From the IMG/VR virus record IMGVR_UViG_3300037424_000900, positions 1 through 62,933 of that record: DNA of 62,933 nucleotides. One strand, written 5' to 3'. The stretch comes from a virus. Lineage: Duplodnaviria; Caudoviricetes. Below the pieces are notes generated by a model, which saw only the letters and a program-made list of their open reading frames with translations, was not told the origin of the DNA and searched no databases. The position numbers and the translations under genes were made by a program. Numbering within the stretch: the first letter of the stretch is position 1; every line of letters begins with the position of its first letter. Of the stretch, positions 29,685-38,117 are shown piece by piece.

Positions 29685-30385
29685 AAACAATTTATTTATT
29701 AGAAAATTACACATGGAAAAGTTTTGAATTTAATGAATTACAAGAAATTCAAACAGAACTTGAAAAAAGAAGAATATATTTTAATTATGAAGCCAAGATA
29801 GGTGATAGAGCCAAGATAGGTTATGAAGCCGAGATAGGTTATGGAACCGAGATAGGTGATGGAGCCGAGATAGGTGATGGAGCCAAGATAGGTTATGGAG
29901 CCAAGATAGGTGATGGAGCCAAGATAGGTTATGGAGCCAAGATAGGTTATGGAGCCAAGATAGGTGATGGAACCGAGATAGGTTATGAAGCCGAGATAGG
30001 TGATAAAGCCGAGATAGGTTATGGAGCCAAGATAGGTGATAGAGCTAAGATAGGTTATGGAGCCAAGATAGGTGATAGAGCTAAGATAGGCAATGAAGCC
30101 AAGATAGGTGATAGAGCTAAGATAGGCAATGAAGCCAAGATAGGTTATGGAGCCAAGATAATTAAATCTTTATTTATAACAGGCTCAAGACACTCACTAA
30201 ATTGGTATTCTAACAATGAAATAAATATAGGATGTTATAAACGCTCTATTGAATGGTGGTTAGAAAACGGAAATGAAGTTGCTGACAATGAAAACTATTC
30301 CACCAATGAAAAAGAAGAGTATAAACAATATATTATATTTTGTCAACAATTACAAAAAACAATTGAAGAACATGACAAAGAATAA
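29681..30385 (+). CDS. Hexapeptide-repeat (left-handed beta-helix) protein
   Basis: 21 consecutive G-[YDN]-x-[AT]-[KE]-I-type units; C-terminal INIGC...IEWW. Confidence 0.85.
   Translation: MKTIYLLENYTWKSFEFNELQEIQTELEKRRIYFNYEAKIGDRAKIGYEAEIGYGTEIGDGAEIGDGAKIGYGAKIGDGAKIGYGAKIGYGAKIGDGTEIGYEAEIGDKAEIGYGAKIGDRAKIGYGAKIGDRAKIGNEAKIGDRAKIGNEAKIGYGAKIIKSLFITGSRHSLNWYSNNEINIGCYKRSIEWWLENGNEVADNENYSTNEKEEYKQYIIFCQQLQKTIEEHDKE
29783..30160 (+). repeat. 18-bp coding tandem repeat, 21 copies (consensus ggt-[tg]at-gga-gcc-aag-ata)
   Basis: Directly visible; units differ at only a few positions. Confidence 0.92.
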
Positions 30386-30827
30386 TATCAACTTAATTCG
30401 TAAAATTGCCTGGTCATTCCATCACACCACTGGAATTGAATTTGATGAACTGTTCTCCGAGGCTTGTTTAGCATATTGTGAGTCATTAAAAAAATATGAT
30501 AATAAAAGGGGGAAAATGACTACATATGCTTATATGTATATTCAAAACCATTTGAAAAATTATTTAAAAAAGAATCAACGACAAATCCACGTCGTTTCCT
30601 TTGAAGATATTCAATATGATAAACATATTAATTATCATCAATTAATTGATCAAATGAGCCAAGAAGCCATTCAAATTTCAACGATCTTAACTCATTATTC
30701 TAAATACTTCGCTTGTCCGTCTCAAATTGATTCTCGAAAGAGAATTATCAAAATGATGCTACAACGTGGGTGGAGTTTAGAAAAGATTTGGATTGGCTTC
30801 AATGATATTCGTTTAGCACTTTCTTAA
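30372..30827 (+). CDS. Phage sigma-70-like factor (early/middle arm)
   Basis: NLIRKIAWSF...FDELFSEACLAY...YDNKRGKMTTYAY..IQNHL (region 2); start at ATG 30372. Confidence 0.8.
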   Translation: MTKNNINLIRKIAWSFHHTTGIEFDELFSEACLAYCESLKKYDNKRGKMTTYAYMYIQNHLKNYLKKNQRQIHVVSFEDIQYDKHINYHQLIDQMSQEAIQISTILTHYSKYFACPSQIDSRKRIIKMMLQRGWSLEKIWIGFNDIRLALS

Positions 30828-30830
30828 ACA

Positions 30831-30842
30831 AATTGTATAATA
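30831..30842 (+). promoter_or_regulatory. Repeated motif AATTGTATAATA (candidate phage middle promoter)
   Basis: Exact copies at 30831, 39999, 48864 and 57498; 11/12 match at 46560; all on the + strand upstream of starts. Confidence 0.6.
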
Positions 30843-30859
30843 ATTTAAAACTTAATTTT

Positions 30860-31267
30860 ATGTGGAAAAAAGTATCAAATAAACTAAAACAATGGAAAAA
30901 CGCTCTTATTAGAGCCTGGAAATGGGTAGCCGGGAATGCTTTAATGGTATGGTATTGGCTCAAATGTCTTTTTTATTTATATATCTCGTGGAAAGATAAA
31001 ATGATTACCTTCTCTGGTTGGGGACATTATTGGTTTGCAAAACAATATGCCGATAAAAGACACCGAATGACTAAAAATGAAGTTTGTTCCGGTCGACGCT
31101 TTTATGTCCTTCCTTGGCATGGTTATTCTTTGATAGTTTTAAATCGTGATGAAATCCTTTATTGGATTCGTAAAGGGGTTTACAACAAATCCATGAAAAT
31201 TGAGAAGATATTAAAAAATGCATATTACGTGACTAAAGATCCAAATAATAAACAAACTAAAAAATAA
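30860..31267 (+). CDS. Hypothetical protein
   Basis: Trp/Tyr-rich; start moved to ATG 30860. Confidence 0.6.
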   Translation: MWKKVSNKLKQWKNALIRAWKWVAGNALMVWYWLKCLFYLYISWKDKMITFSGWGHYWFAKQYADKRHRMTKNEVCSGRRFYVLPWHGYSLIVLNRDEILYWIRKGVYNKSMKIEKILKNAYYVTKDPNNKQTKK

Positions 31268-31272
31268 AAATC

Positions 31273-31503
31273 ATGGGAACATTAAAAAAATTAATCGCAA
31301 AGTTTATTCCTTTTATGGTAGCTGCTGAAGCTTTAGCAACTAAGAAGCATAATATTAATATGAACTTAGAAAGGGCTTACCGTGAAAAAGAAATAGCTGT
31401 TAAAAGAGGTAAAAACGTCTTTGCTTATGGGGGTTGTATGGCTAGTAATGACCAAGCCATCTTTATTCCTAAAAGAACCAAACGGAAATATTGGATGGTA
31501 TAG
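31273..31503 (+). CDS. Hypothetical protein
   Basis: 76 aa in operon. Confidence 0.55.
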   Translation: MGTLKKLIAKFIPFMVAAEALATKKHNINMNLERAYREKEIAVKRGKNVFAYGGCMASNDQAIFIPKRTKRKYWMV

Positions 31504-31509
31504 TAAAAT

Positions 31510-32514
31510 ATGGATATTATTCAATTATATAACGATTTCAGCATTCCACATATGACCGAGGGGCATAAACACTGTCGCCCTGGTTGGGTAAATGTGGAAT
31601 GCCCTTTTTGTTCTGGAAACCCTGGATTACATCTTGGTTTTGATTTAACTCTAAATAGATATGTTTGTTGGAGATGTGGATGGCATGCTATTATTCCCAC
31701 TCTTTCTACACTTCTTAAAATACCTGAATATGAAGTAAGGAATGTTGTTAAACAATACAATCTTCTTTATATTCCAACAATAGAACCAATCATTCATATT
31801 CGTAAAAAATCTCATAAACTTCCAAGTAATACAGCTCCAATGCAATTACAACATAAAATTTATTTGGAAAAAAGAGGATTTGATGCTGATAAATTAGAAC
31901 GTGAATGGAATCTCTTAGGGACTGGGCCAATTTCAACCCTTTCTACAGGTATGGATAATGAAAAAATAATTGATTTTAAACATCGCATAATAGCCCCTAT
32001 CCATTGGAACGGTCAGGAAGTTTCTTTTCAAGCAAGAGATATTACTGGAAAATCAAAATTAAAATATATTTCATGTCCAGAAGATAGGGAATTAATTGAT
32101 TTAAAACGTTTAATCTATGGGCAATCAGAAAATTGGAAAGATGTTGGTATTTGTGTAGAAGGTATAACAGATGCATGGCGTTTTGGTTCTGTTGCATTTA
32201 GCACTTTCGGGATTAAATATACTGATGAACAGGTACGATTAATTGGAAAAATATTCAAAAGAGTATTTATTTGTTTTGATTCATCTACAGAAGTGGAAGA
32301 AAATACCATTGAAGACATCAAGACAAATACTATTGGATTGTATATAGATCATACAATCAGTAAAGAACAACAGGCTAAACATCAAGCAGAAAAACTAATG
32401 GGGGATTTAAAATTCAGAGGAGTTGATGCCATTCAAATACCACTCCCCAAAGGTGACCCAGGAGGATTAAAACAAAGTGAAGCCGATTATTTAGTGAAAC
32501 AATTAATATCTTAA
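31510..32514 (+). CDS. DNA primase (Zn finger + TOPRIM)
   Basis: CPFC...CWRCG, RIIAPI, FQARDI, VEGITDAW, ICFD, KGDPG. Confidence 0.9.
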   Translation: MDIIQLYNDFSIPHMTEGHKHCRPGWVNVECPFCSGNPGLHLGFDLTLNRYVCWRCGWHAIIPTLSTLLKIPEYEVRNVVKQYNLLYIPTIEPIIHIRKKSHKLPSNTAPMQLQHKIYLEKRGFDADKLEREWNLLGTGPISTLSTGMDNEKIIDFKHRIIAPIHWNGQEVSFQARDITGKSKLKYISCPEDRELIDLKRLIYGQSENWKDVGICVEGITDAWRFGSVAFSTFGIKYTDEQVRLIGKIFKRVFICFDSSTEVEENTIEDIKTNTIGLYIDHTISKEQQAKHQAEKLMGDLKFRGVDAIQIPLPKGDPGGLKQSEADYLVKQLIS

Positions 32515-32518
32515 AATT

Positions 32519-32812
32519 ATGAAAAAGAAAGATTTAAAAACAGGTATGATAGTTGAAACAAGGGCTGGGGAAAAGGCTCTTATTGTTAAGGATAATGTTT
32601 ATGGAAAAGACGCTGTCATATTTAGTGAAAACAATTGGACTCCATTAGATGAGTTTGATAATGATCTTATATGGCATAATACTCCTAATAGAACTGATTT
32701 TGCCGAAACTGTTGATATTTGTAAGGTATATAAACCAGATTTGCCAACTGGTTTTTTATCCAGGTATTCTAAATTTGGAGATTTAGAATTATTATGGGAA
32801 CGTAAAGATTGA
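32519..32812 (+). CDS. Hypothetical protein
   Basis: DLKTGMIVETRAG...DICKVY...LLWER, a common phage pattern. Confidence 0.65.
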   Translation: MKKKDLKTGMIVETRAGEKALIVKDNVYGKDAVIFSENNWTPLDEFDNDLIWHNTPNRTDFAETVDICKVYKPDLPTGFLSRYSKFGDLELLWERKD

Positions 32813-32849
32813 TAATAAATTAATTAAACAAATTAAAACAATTAAAATC

Positions 32850-33281
32850 ATGAGACACAATTTAATCGGAGTAGCCAAAACTAGACAAGTTTATCTTAAT
32901 GGAGAATTACTTGATCCACAAGAAAGTCAGAAATATCGCAATCATTCTCCAGATGGATTTAACTGGGGATATGCTGGAAGTGGCCCGGCTCAATTAGCTT
33001 TGGCCATTATGTTAAAAGCTACAAAAAAACCAGATGCTTATCAAGATTTGAAATTTAGAGTGATAGCAGCTTTACAGCAAAATAAGGATTTTAACATCGA
33101 CTTTTATATTGACAGTCCTGAAGATAAAGCTCGTAATGAAGCCATAAGAAATGCTAATGCTTTCAATAAACATGCTTCTAAAGAATACCTTTCTAACTTA
33201 TCAGACTCTGAACTCATTTGTTGGGTGCACCCATTAGAAAGGGTTGAAATTGCAAAAAAACTTGGATTACACGTAATGTAG
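32850..33281 (+). CDS. DUF6166-like protein
   Basis: NHSPDGFNWGYAGSGPAQLALAI. Confidence 0.75.
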   Translation: MRHNLIGVAKTRQVYLNGELLDPQESQKYRNHSPDGFNWGYAGSGPAQLALAIMLKATKKPDAYQDLKFRVIAALQQNKDFNIDFYIDSPEDKARNEAIRNANAFNKHASKEYLSNLSDSELICWVHPLERVEIAKKLGLHVM

Positions 33282-33316
33282 TAAAATTAAGCTTTTCTAA
33301 AATACTTTTATGAAAA

Positions 33317-33348
33317 TTAGGATTTTTAAAATATCCAATTTAATTTTA
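33317..33348 (+). promoter_or_regulatory. Promoter TTAG-N20-TAATTTTA
   Basis: Same architecture as 26690-26721 and 36516-36547. Confidence 0.55.
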
Positions 33349-33363
33349 CGAAGATTTTTGAAT

Positions 33364-33450
33364 TTATTGACAATGCCGTGTCAAATAATAATATCTTAAA
33401 TACAAAACCATCGGGAGTAGCTGCGGCATCAGTGAAACCGATGGTTTTCT
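33364..33450 (+). ncRNA. Structured leader RNA: two hairpins with complementary 6-nt loops and a loop-E motif
   Basis: TTGACA-[ATGCCG]-TGTCAA and AAAACCATCGG-GAGTA-GCTG-[CGGCAT]-CAGT-GAAA-CCGATGGTTTT. Confidence 0.7.
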
Positions 33451-33461
33451 ATTTTTAATAT

Positions 33462-33851
33462 ATGAATTTCTTTTTACAATATAAAGACCCACGTTGGCAA
33501 AAAAGACGTTTAGAAATATTACAACGAGATAATTTTACATGTACTTCTTGTGGAAATAATTCTGAAACATTAAATATCCACCACTGTGTTCCTTATAAGA
33601 AAAATTTAAAAATATGGGAATATCAAGACAATGAATTAACTACGTTATGTGAAAATTGCCATAAAGAAATATCCAAAATAATAAACAATTGTAAAAATAT
33701 TATAACTAATAATTGTAGCAGAGGGCTTGAAATATCTATGTATATACAGGAAATAATACAATTATTAGACAATCAAACTCCCCCTATTTATGAAAATATT
33801 GTAAATATTATAAAAAAGAAAAATATATGCAACGAGGACTTAACAAAATAG
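33462..33851 (+). CDS. HNH endonuclease
   Basis: PRWQKRRLEILQRDNFTCTSCG...LNIHH...WEY...TLCENCH. Confidence 0.85.
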   Translation: MNFFLQYKDPRWQKRRLEILQRDNFTCTSCGNNSETLNIHHCVPYKKNLKIWEYQDNELTTLCENCHKEISKIINNCKNIITNNCSRGLEISMYIQEIIQLLDNQTPPIYENIVNIIKKKNICNEDLTK

Positions 33852-34783
33852 ACAATTTACCAGATGCTATTAATTGTGGAATACAAGAGAATTTTACACA
33901 AATACCCAATGATCTCTTAAAAAATCCAAATATATCTTCTAAAGCAAAAATACTCCTTTCCATATTACTGTCTAATCGTTATGGATGGAAAAGCTGTATT
34001 GAATCATTATCTTCTATGGTAAAAGAAAAGAAAGATTCAATATCAGCATCCTTACATGAATTAGAAAAATTTGGATATTTGATTCGAATTCGTTACAGAA
34101 ACAAATATAACAAAAAATGGATAGGCTCTTTTTGGGCATATACCAATGATCCTTTTAAATTTAATTATGAAAACCAAATTAAATTATTAGAACATCAGAA
34201 TTTAGAAGCAATTGAACCCACAACTGGAAAACCCATATCTGGGTTAGCCACAACTGGAAAATCCGTTACTAATAATACTAATAATAATAATACTAATCTT
34301 CTTCGTGAAGAAGATGAAAATGAAGATAAAAAAGAATTAATCACCCCAAAATTATTTGAAAGGTTTTGGAATATTTATCCAAAAAAGGTAGATAAAGGAA
34401 AAGCTTTAAAAAGCTGGAATGATATATGTACTCAAAAAAGTAAACAAAGTATAAGACCAGAATGGAGTACTGTATTGAGAGCCATTAGAAGTCAAATAAA
34501 AACAGAAAGATGGCAAAATCCACAATATATTCCCCACGCTTCAACGTGGTTAAATCAAACAAGATGGATTGATGATCCCAACGAAATGAAATCAAATAAT
34601 TCCCCGGAAAAAGAATTTGTTCTAAATGATTGGGTAAAACTAACCCATAAAGAAAGAATGAAGATTGCAGTGGAACAGTCTAAAATATTAAGGGATAAGC
34701 CATACAAAGAGAATGATTATGATGTACGTTATTATTTATGCCCAGATGGATTATACCGGGGGTGGAATGGAGAACCTTTTTAA
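33827..34783 (+). CDS. Replication initiator (N-terminal HTH, lambda O-like layout)
   Basis: FTQIPNDLL...ISSKAK...L.ELEKFGYL; repeat/Asn linker; C-terminal FERFWNIYPKKVDK...YIPHASTWLNQTRW. Confidence 0.85.
   Translation: MQRGLNKIDNLPDAINCGIQENFTQIPNDLLKNPNISSKAKILLSILLSNRYGWKSCIESLSSMVKEKKDSISASLHELEKFGYLIRIRYRNKYNKKWIGSFWAYTNDPFKFNYENQIKLLEHQNLEAIEPTTGKPISGLATTGKSVTNNTNNNNTNLLREEDENEDKKELITPKLFERFWNIYPKKVDKGKALKSWNDICTQKSKQSIRPEWSTVLRAIRSQIKTERWQNPQYIPHASTWLNQTRWIDDPNEMKSNNSPEKEFVLNDWVKLTHKERMKIAVEQSKILRDKPYKENDYDVRYYLCPDGLYRGWNGEPF
34217..34287 (+). repeat. Iteron-like 15-bp units + AT-rich tract inside the initiator gene (candidate origin)
   Basis: CCACAACTGGAAAA at 34218 and 34248 flank the palindrome AACCCA-tatc-TGGGTT, followed by AATAATACTAATAATAATAATACTAAT. 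Confidence 0.55.
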
Positions 34784-34802
34784 TAATTTAAATTTTTAAA
34801 TC

Positions 34803-35066
34803 ATGATAACAATTTATTTTTGGATTTTCATAATAATACTAACAGCTTATGCTGGTTTTAAATTTTGGATTTTAATTGAAGAGCGTATTCATTTCCGTAA
34901 ATGGTCAAAAGAATTAGAATTGCTTATAAAAAATATTTCTGCTAAGAACTATACTGAAGAAGAAGTTAAAAATTTATGTTCCAGGGCTTGGTTAAAAATC
35001 CCTAATGATCCAAATATATTAGAGAATTTTGATAAATGGTTTGAACAAAATAAAAAGAAATCATAA
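34803..35066 (+). CDS. Hypothetical protein, N-terminal TM
   Basis: 87 aa. Confidence 0.55.
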   Translation: MITIYFWIFIIILTAYAGFKFWILIEERIHFRKWSKELELLIKNISAKNYTEEEVKNLCSRAWLKIPNDPNILENFDKWFEQNKKKS

Positions 35067-35209
35067 TGAAGGATGAGTTTAAATACCCACCATTGCATTG
35101 GGATTGTCGTTGCGCTTTACCTAAGGTGGATCATCCATGGAAGCCAAAAAGAGAATTACAGATTGCATTAGCTTTAATTCAAAGAACATCGAAAATATTA
35201 TTAAATTGA
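35066..35209 (+). CDS. 47-aa protein with PPLHWDCRC motif
   Basis: Fills the gap exactly (TAATG overlap upstream, 1-nt gap before the helicase ATG); below track cutoff. Confidence 0.5.
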   Translation: MKDEFKYPPLHWDCRCALPKVDHPWKPKRELQIALALIQRTSKILLN

Positions 35210-35210
35210 T

Positions 35211-36470
35211 ATGATTGAACGTAAGATTATTATTGGGCTCATAACTAGCACCGAATTTTGTGAAAAAATACAGCCTATTTGGGATTCAAAACTGTTAGAA
35301 TCTTCAACAGCTAAAATAATGAGTCAATGGTGTTGGGAATATTTTATCAAATTTAATGTTGCTCCTGGCCGACATATTGAGGATGTGTTTTATCAGAAAA
35401 TAAAAGCCCCTAATTTTTCAAAGGATGTAGCAAAAGATATTGAAGAGAATATTTTGCCAGGATTGTCAAATGAATACGAAAAAGAACCAATAAATGTAGA
35501 TTATTTATACAAAGAATCAGAAAAACACCTTTCCCAACGTCATTTAATTATTCATAAACAAACTATAGAAGCATTAATATCCAATGGAGAGTTAGAGAAA
35601 GCTGAAAAACTTGCTCTTGAATTTAAACCATTACTATCTAACATTCATAAGTTATCCACTCACATACGTTCCATTCAACAAATTCGTAAATTAGAACGTG
35701 AACCTGCTAAAGTATTATTAAGTCCATGGTTACGAGCAGGTCAAACTACTATAATTTTTGGGAATTATGGAAGTGGAAAATCATTAGTAGTCATACTTGT
35801 TTCTTATTTATTAGGATTAAAAAATTATAGCAATAAAGAGTGTGAAATAAATGGTTGGCAGGTGAAAAATCCTACAGGGTGTTTATATGTTGACGGGGAA
35901 TTGGGAGAAGTAGAAATGGAGGAACGAATTTCTCAATTTGAATGGGTGGGATGTCAAAACAATAGACACAAAATCAAAATTTTTTCCATACCGGAATATC
36001 AAACTGATACAGATGATTCCTTTTATCTCAGTAATAGAAATAATCAATTGAAGTTAATTCAATGGTTAAAAGAACATACAGAATATAAATTGATAATATT
36101 AGACAGTGCAAGCACTCTGTTTGGATTAGAGAATGAAAATGATAATAGTGAGTGGAGCAATAAAGTTAATCCATTTTTGCGTGATTTACGATCTTTAAAA
36201 GTGGGGTGTATTCTACTTCACCACTCAGGAAAAGATAGCAAAAAGGGTTTGAGAGGGGCATCTGCAATGGGGGCAATGGCTCATAATATATTTAAAATTA
36301 AAGATCATCCGAGAAAGAAAGAAGTGGAAGGAGAAGCATGGTTTACCATTGAAAAAGATAAACAACGTCAGGGAGGTTATATGTTTAAACCATTTGGATT
36401 ACATTTTACTCAATCCGATGATAAGAAAGAAACATATTGGGAGGAAACAGGAATGGGGTACGAAGATTGA
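35211..36470 (+). CDS. Replicative helicase (RecA-fold, DnaB/RepA AAA_25-like)
   Basis: GNYGSGKS (Walker A), LYVDGE, IILDS, LLHHSGK...LRGASA. Confidence 0.85.
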   Translation: MIERKIIIGLITSTEFCEKIQPIWDSKLLESSTAKIMSQWCWEYFIKFNVAPGRHIEDVFYQKIKAPNFSKDVAKDIEENILPGLSNEYEKEPINVDYLYKESEKHLSQRHLIIHKQTIEALISNGELEKAEKLALEFKPLLSNIHKLSTHIRSIQQIRKLEREPAKVLLSPWLRAGQTTIIFGNYGSGKSLVVILVSYLLGLKNYSNKECEINGWQVKNPTGCLYVDGELGEVEMEERISQFEWVGCQNNRHKIKIFSIPEYQTDTDDSFYLSNRNNQLKLIQWLKEHTEYKLIILDSASTLFGLENENDNSEWSNKVNPFLRDLRSLKVGCILLHHSGKDSKKGLRGASAMGAMAHNIFKIKDHPRKKEVEGEAWFTIEKDKQRQGGYMFKPFGLHFTQSDDKKETYWEETGMGYED

Positions 36471-36515
36471 TTTTACTGTAAATTTAAAAATTTTTTAAAA
36501 ATTTCTTTAAAAAAA

Positions 36516-36547
36516 TTAGGATATGTCAAAAGTGCTATATATCTTTA
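36516..36547 (+). promoter_or_regulatory. Promoter TTAG-N20-TATCTTTA with AT-rich upstream tracts
   Basis: Shares its downstream TCATCAAACAAT with the 26843 promoter. Confidence 0.6.
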
Positions 36548-36577
36548 CGTCATCAAACAATTTAAAACTTTTGCGAT

Positions 36578-36802
36578 ATGAAAACTTTATTTCAATCTTT
36601 AAATTTAAAAACAGGGGAAAAGGCATCTTGTGTTGCTGGGCACCCTGTTTCACAATTAGTTACTGTGGTCTGTATAAAAGACTTTGAAACATCACTTTCC
36701 AATTGGGATAGTATTATAAATAATGCTATGACTTATGTAAAAGTTACAAGTGGGATTCTTTTAACCAGTCATTTAATATCTTCTAATTGGATTAGATCAT
36801 AA
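36578..36802 (+). CDS. Hypothetical protein
   Basis: 74 aa after a promoter. Confidence 0.5.
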   Translation: MKTLFQSLNLKTGEKASCVAGHPVSQLVTVVCIKDFETSLSNWDSIINNAMTYVKVTSGILLTSHLISSNWIRS

Positions 36803-36897
36803 TATTTCCGCCAGGTTTTTCGCAAAAGTCCTTGCGGAAACTTAGCCCAACACCTTTCGAGGTTTGGGCTTTTGGTGGCAATAAAAGTTCTTTAACA
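36803..36897 (+). ncRNA. Three-way-junction RNA followed by boxA-like AAGTTCTTTAACA
   Basis: Outer stem CCGCCAG/TTGGTGG; hairpin GTTTT(T)CGCAA/TTGCGGAAAC; hairpin AGCCCAA(C)ACCT-TTCG-AGGTTTGGGCT. Confidence 0.55.
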
Positions 36898-37018
36898 CAT
36901 TGAATCAAAAACCTAAAAAGAAAGGATGGTGAATATGCGGGCTGAGGGTAAAACCTGCCCTATCATACTAATAAACTTATGATAAATGCACTATTTTTTT
37001 AATTTAAAAAGGCAAATT

Positions 37019-37049
37019 GACCCGGCTCTGCAAAGGCATCCGGGTTTTA
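37019..37049 (+). terminator. Possible intrinsic terminator
   Basis: GACCCGG...CCGGGTT stem with a short T run. Confidence 0.4.
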
Positions 37050-37205
37050 ACATTGAGTAAAGTTCTTTTTATTGAGAGTTGTTTGGTTAGAAAGGATGCT
37101 CTAAATGGTAATTGAAAGAGTGCCTAAGTATCCTTTCATCAAGCAAGTAAATTGAATTAGAAACTCAAATATAATAAACATTTTTATTAACTTAAATTTT
37201 TTATC

Positions 37206-38033
37206 ATGGACAAAAAACAATTTTCTGCTTACAAAGCAGCGTATCAAGAGCTAATCGATGCTCTCTTGTTAAAAGATGACAAAACTGATGAACCTATCAA
37301 AATTCCAAGAAACATTTCTGAAGATGGTTTGTTGTTAGGTTTGAATGAATCTATTGCACTTTTAAAACCAGAAGAAATTGAGACTGGTAAAGTTGATGAT
37401 GCAACTCTTACTGAAGAAACACTGGCGGTAATTGCTGAATTGTCTGATACAAAAAAGTCATCAAAAAAAGGAAATTCCAAACCACCAGTAAAAATGACCG
37501 TTGTTGAAAAAGAAGAAGAAGAAGAAAATAACGACGATGATGACGATGACGATAACCTTATGGATGATTTGATTGAAGCAGTAGAAGCCACTGAAAAAAT
37601 TGCTGATTTGAAAGATTTGGTAAAAACAAATGATACTTTCAAACCCTTACGCACCAAACTTGTAACTTTCAAAACTGCCGATACTTTGCGTGAAGCAATG
37701 TTGGATATTATTGATGGTTTAGAGAAAGTTGACAATGACGATGATAATGATAATAAACCATCAAAAACCCCTGATAAATCCGAAAAGAAGAACACCCCAA
37801 CCCCCCCGGCAAAGAAAGCAGAAAAAACGCCCCCTGCCCCCAAGAAAGAATCTATGAGCAGGATTGATGCGGTTGCTATTGCCCTTCGTGATCACAAACC
37901 GAAAACAGTTGCCAAATGGATTGAATGTGCCGATACAGTATTTGGCCGGGAAAATGAAAATGAAAGCCGAATGATGATTAAGTATGCTCAAAAGGTGCTG
38001 TCAAAATTTGACATTGATTTCCCAACAGAATAA
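37206..38033 (+). CDS. Highly acidic low-complexity protein
   Basis: Poly-E/D tracts and a Pro/Lys linker; followed by a terminator. Confidence 0.75.
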   Translation: MDKKQFSAYKAAYQELIDALLLKDDKTDEPIKIPRNISEDGLLLGLNESIALLKPEEIETGKVDDATLTEETLAVIAELSDTKKSSKKGNSKPPVKMTVVEKEEEEENNDDDDDDDNLMDDLIEAVEATEKIADLKDLVKTNDTFKPLRTKLVTFKTADTLREAMLDIIDGLEKVDNDDDNDNKPSKTPDKSEKKNTPTPPAKKAEKTPPAPKKESMSRIDAVAIALRDHKPKTVAKWIECADTVFGRENENESRMMIKYAQKVLSKFDIDFPTE

Positions 38034-38066
38034 GTTTTCATAGTTTGATAGTTGGTTAATAATGCT

Positions 38067-38097
38067 AAAACCCGGTTCTTAATAAGGCCGGGTTTTT
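38067..38097 (+). terminator. Intrinsic terminator
   Basis: AAAACCCGGTTCTT-aat-AAGGCCGGGTTTTT. Confidence 0.65.
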
Positions 38098-38117
38098 CCA
38101 CTGAAGGTAGATTACAT

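Noticed and set aside
29783-30160. 18-bp repeats as a CRISPR array or DGR repeat
   Set aside because: No unique spacers; the units are in-frame hexapeptide codons; no cas or reverse transcriptase gene in the window.
36808-36878. Hammerhead ribozyme
   Set aside because: A three-way junction and a GAAAC are present, but the CUGANGA core is absent.
37244-37991. Minus-strand ORFs 37244-37843 and 37761-37991 (and similar antisense ORFs such as 4553-5110, 5538-5912, 48979-49341, 51203-51858)
   Set aside because: Shadow frames opposite well-supported genes, with Ser/Phe-rich composition typical of antisense reading.
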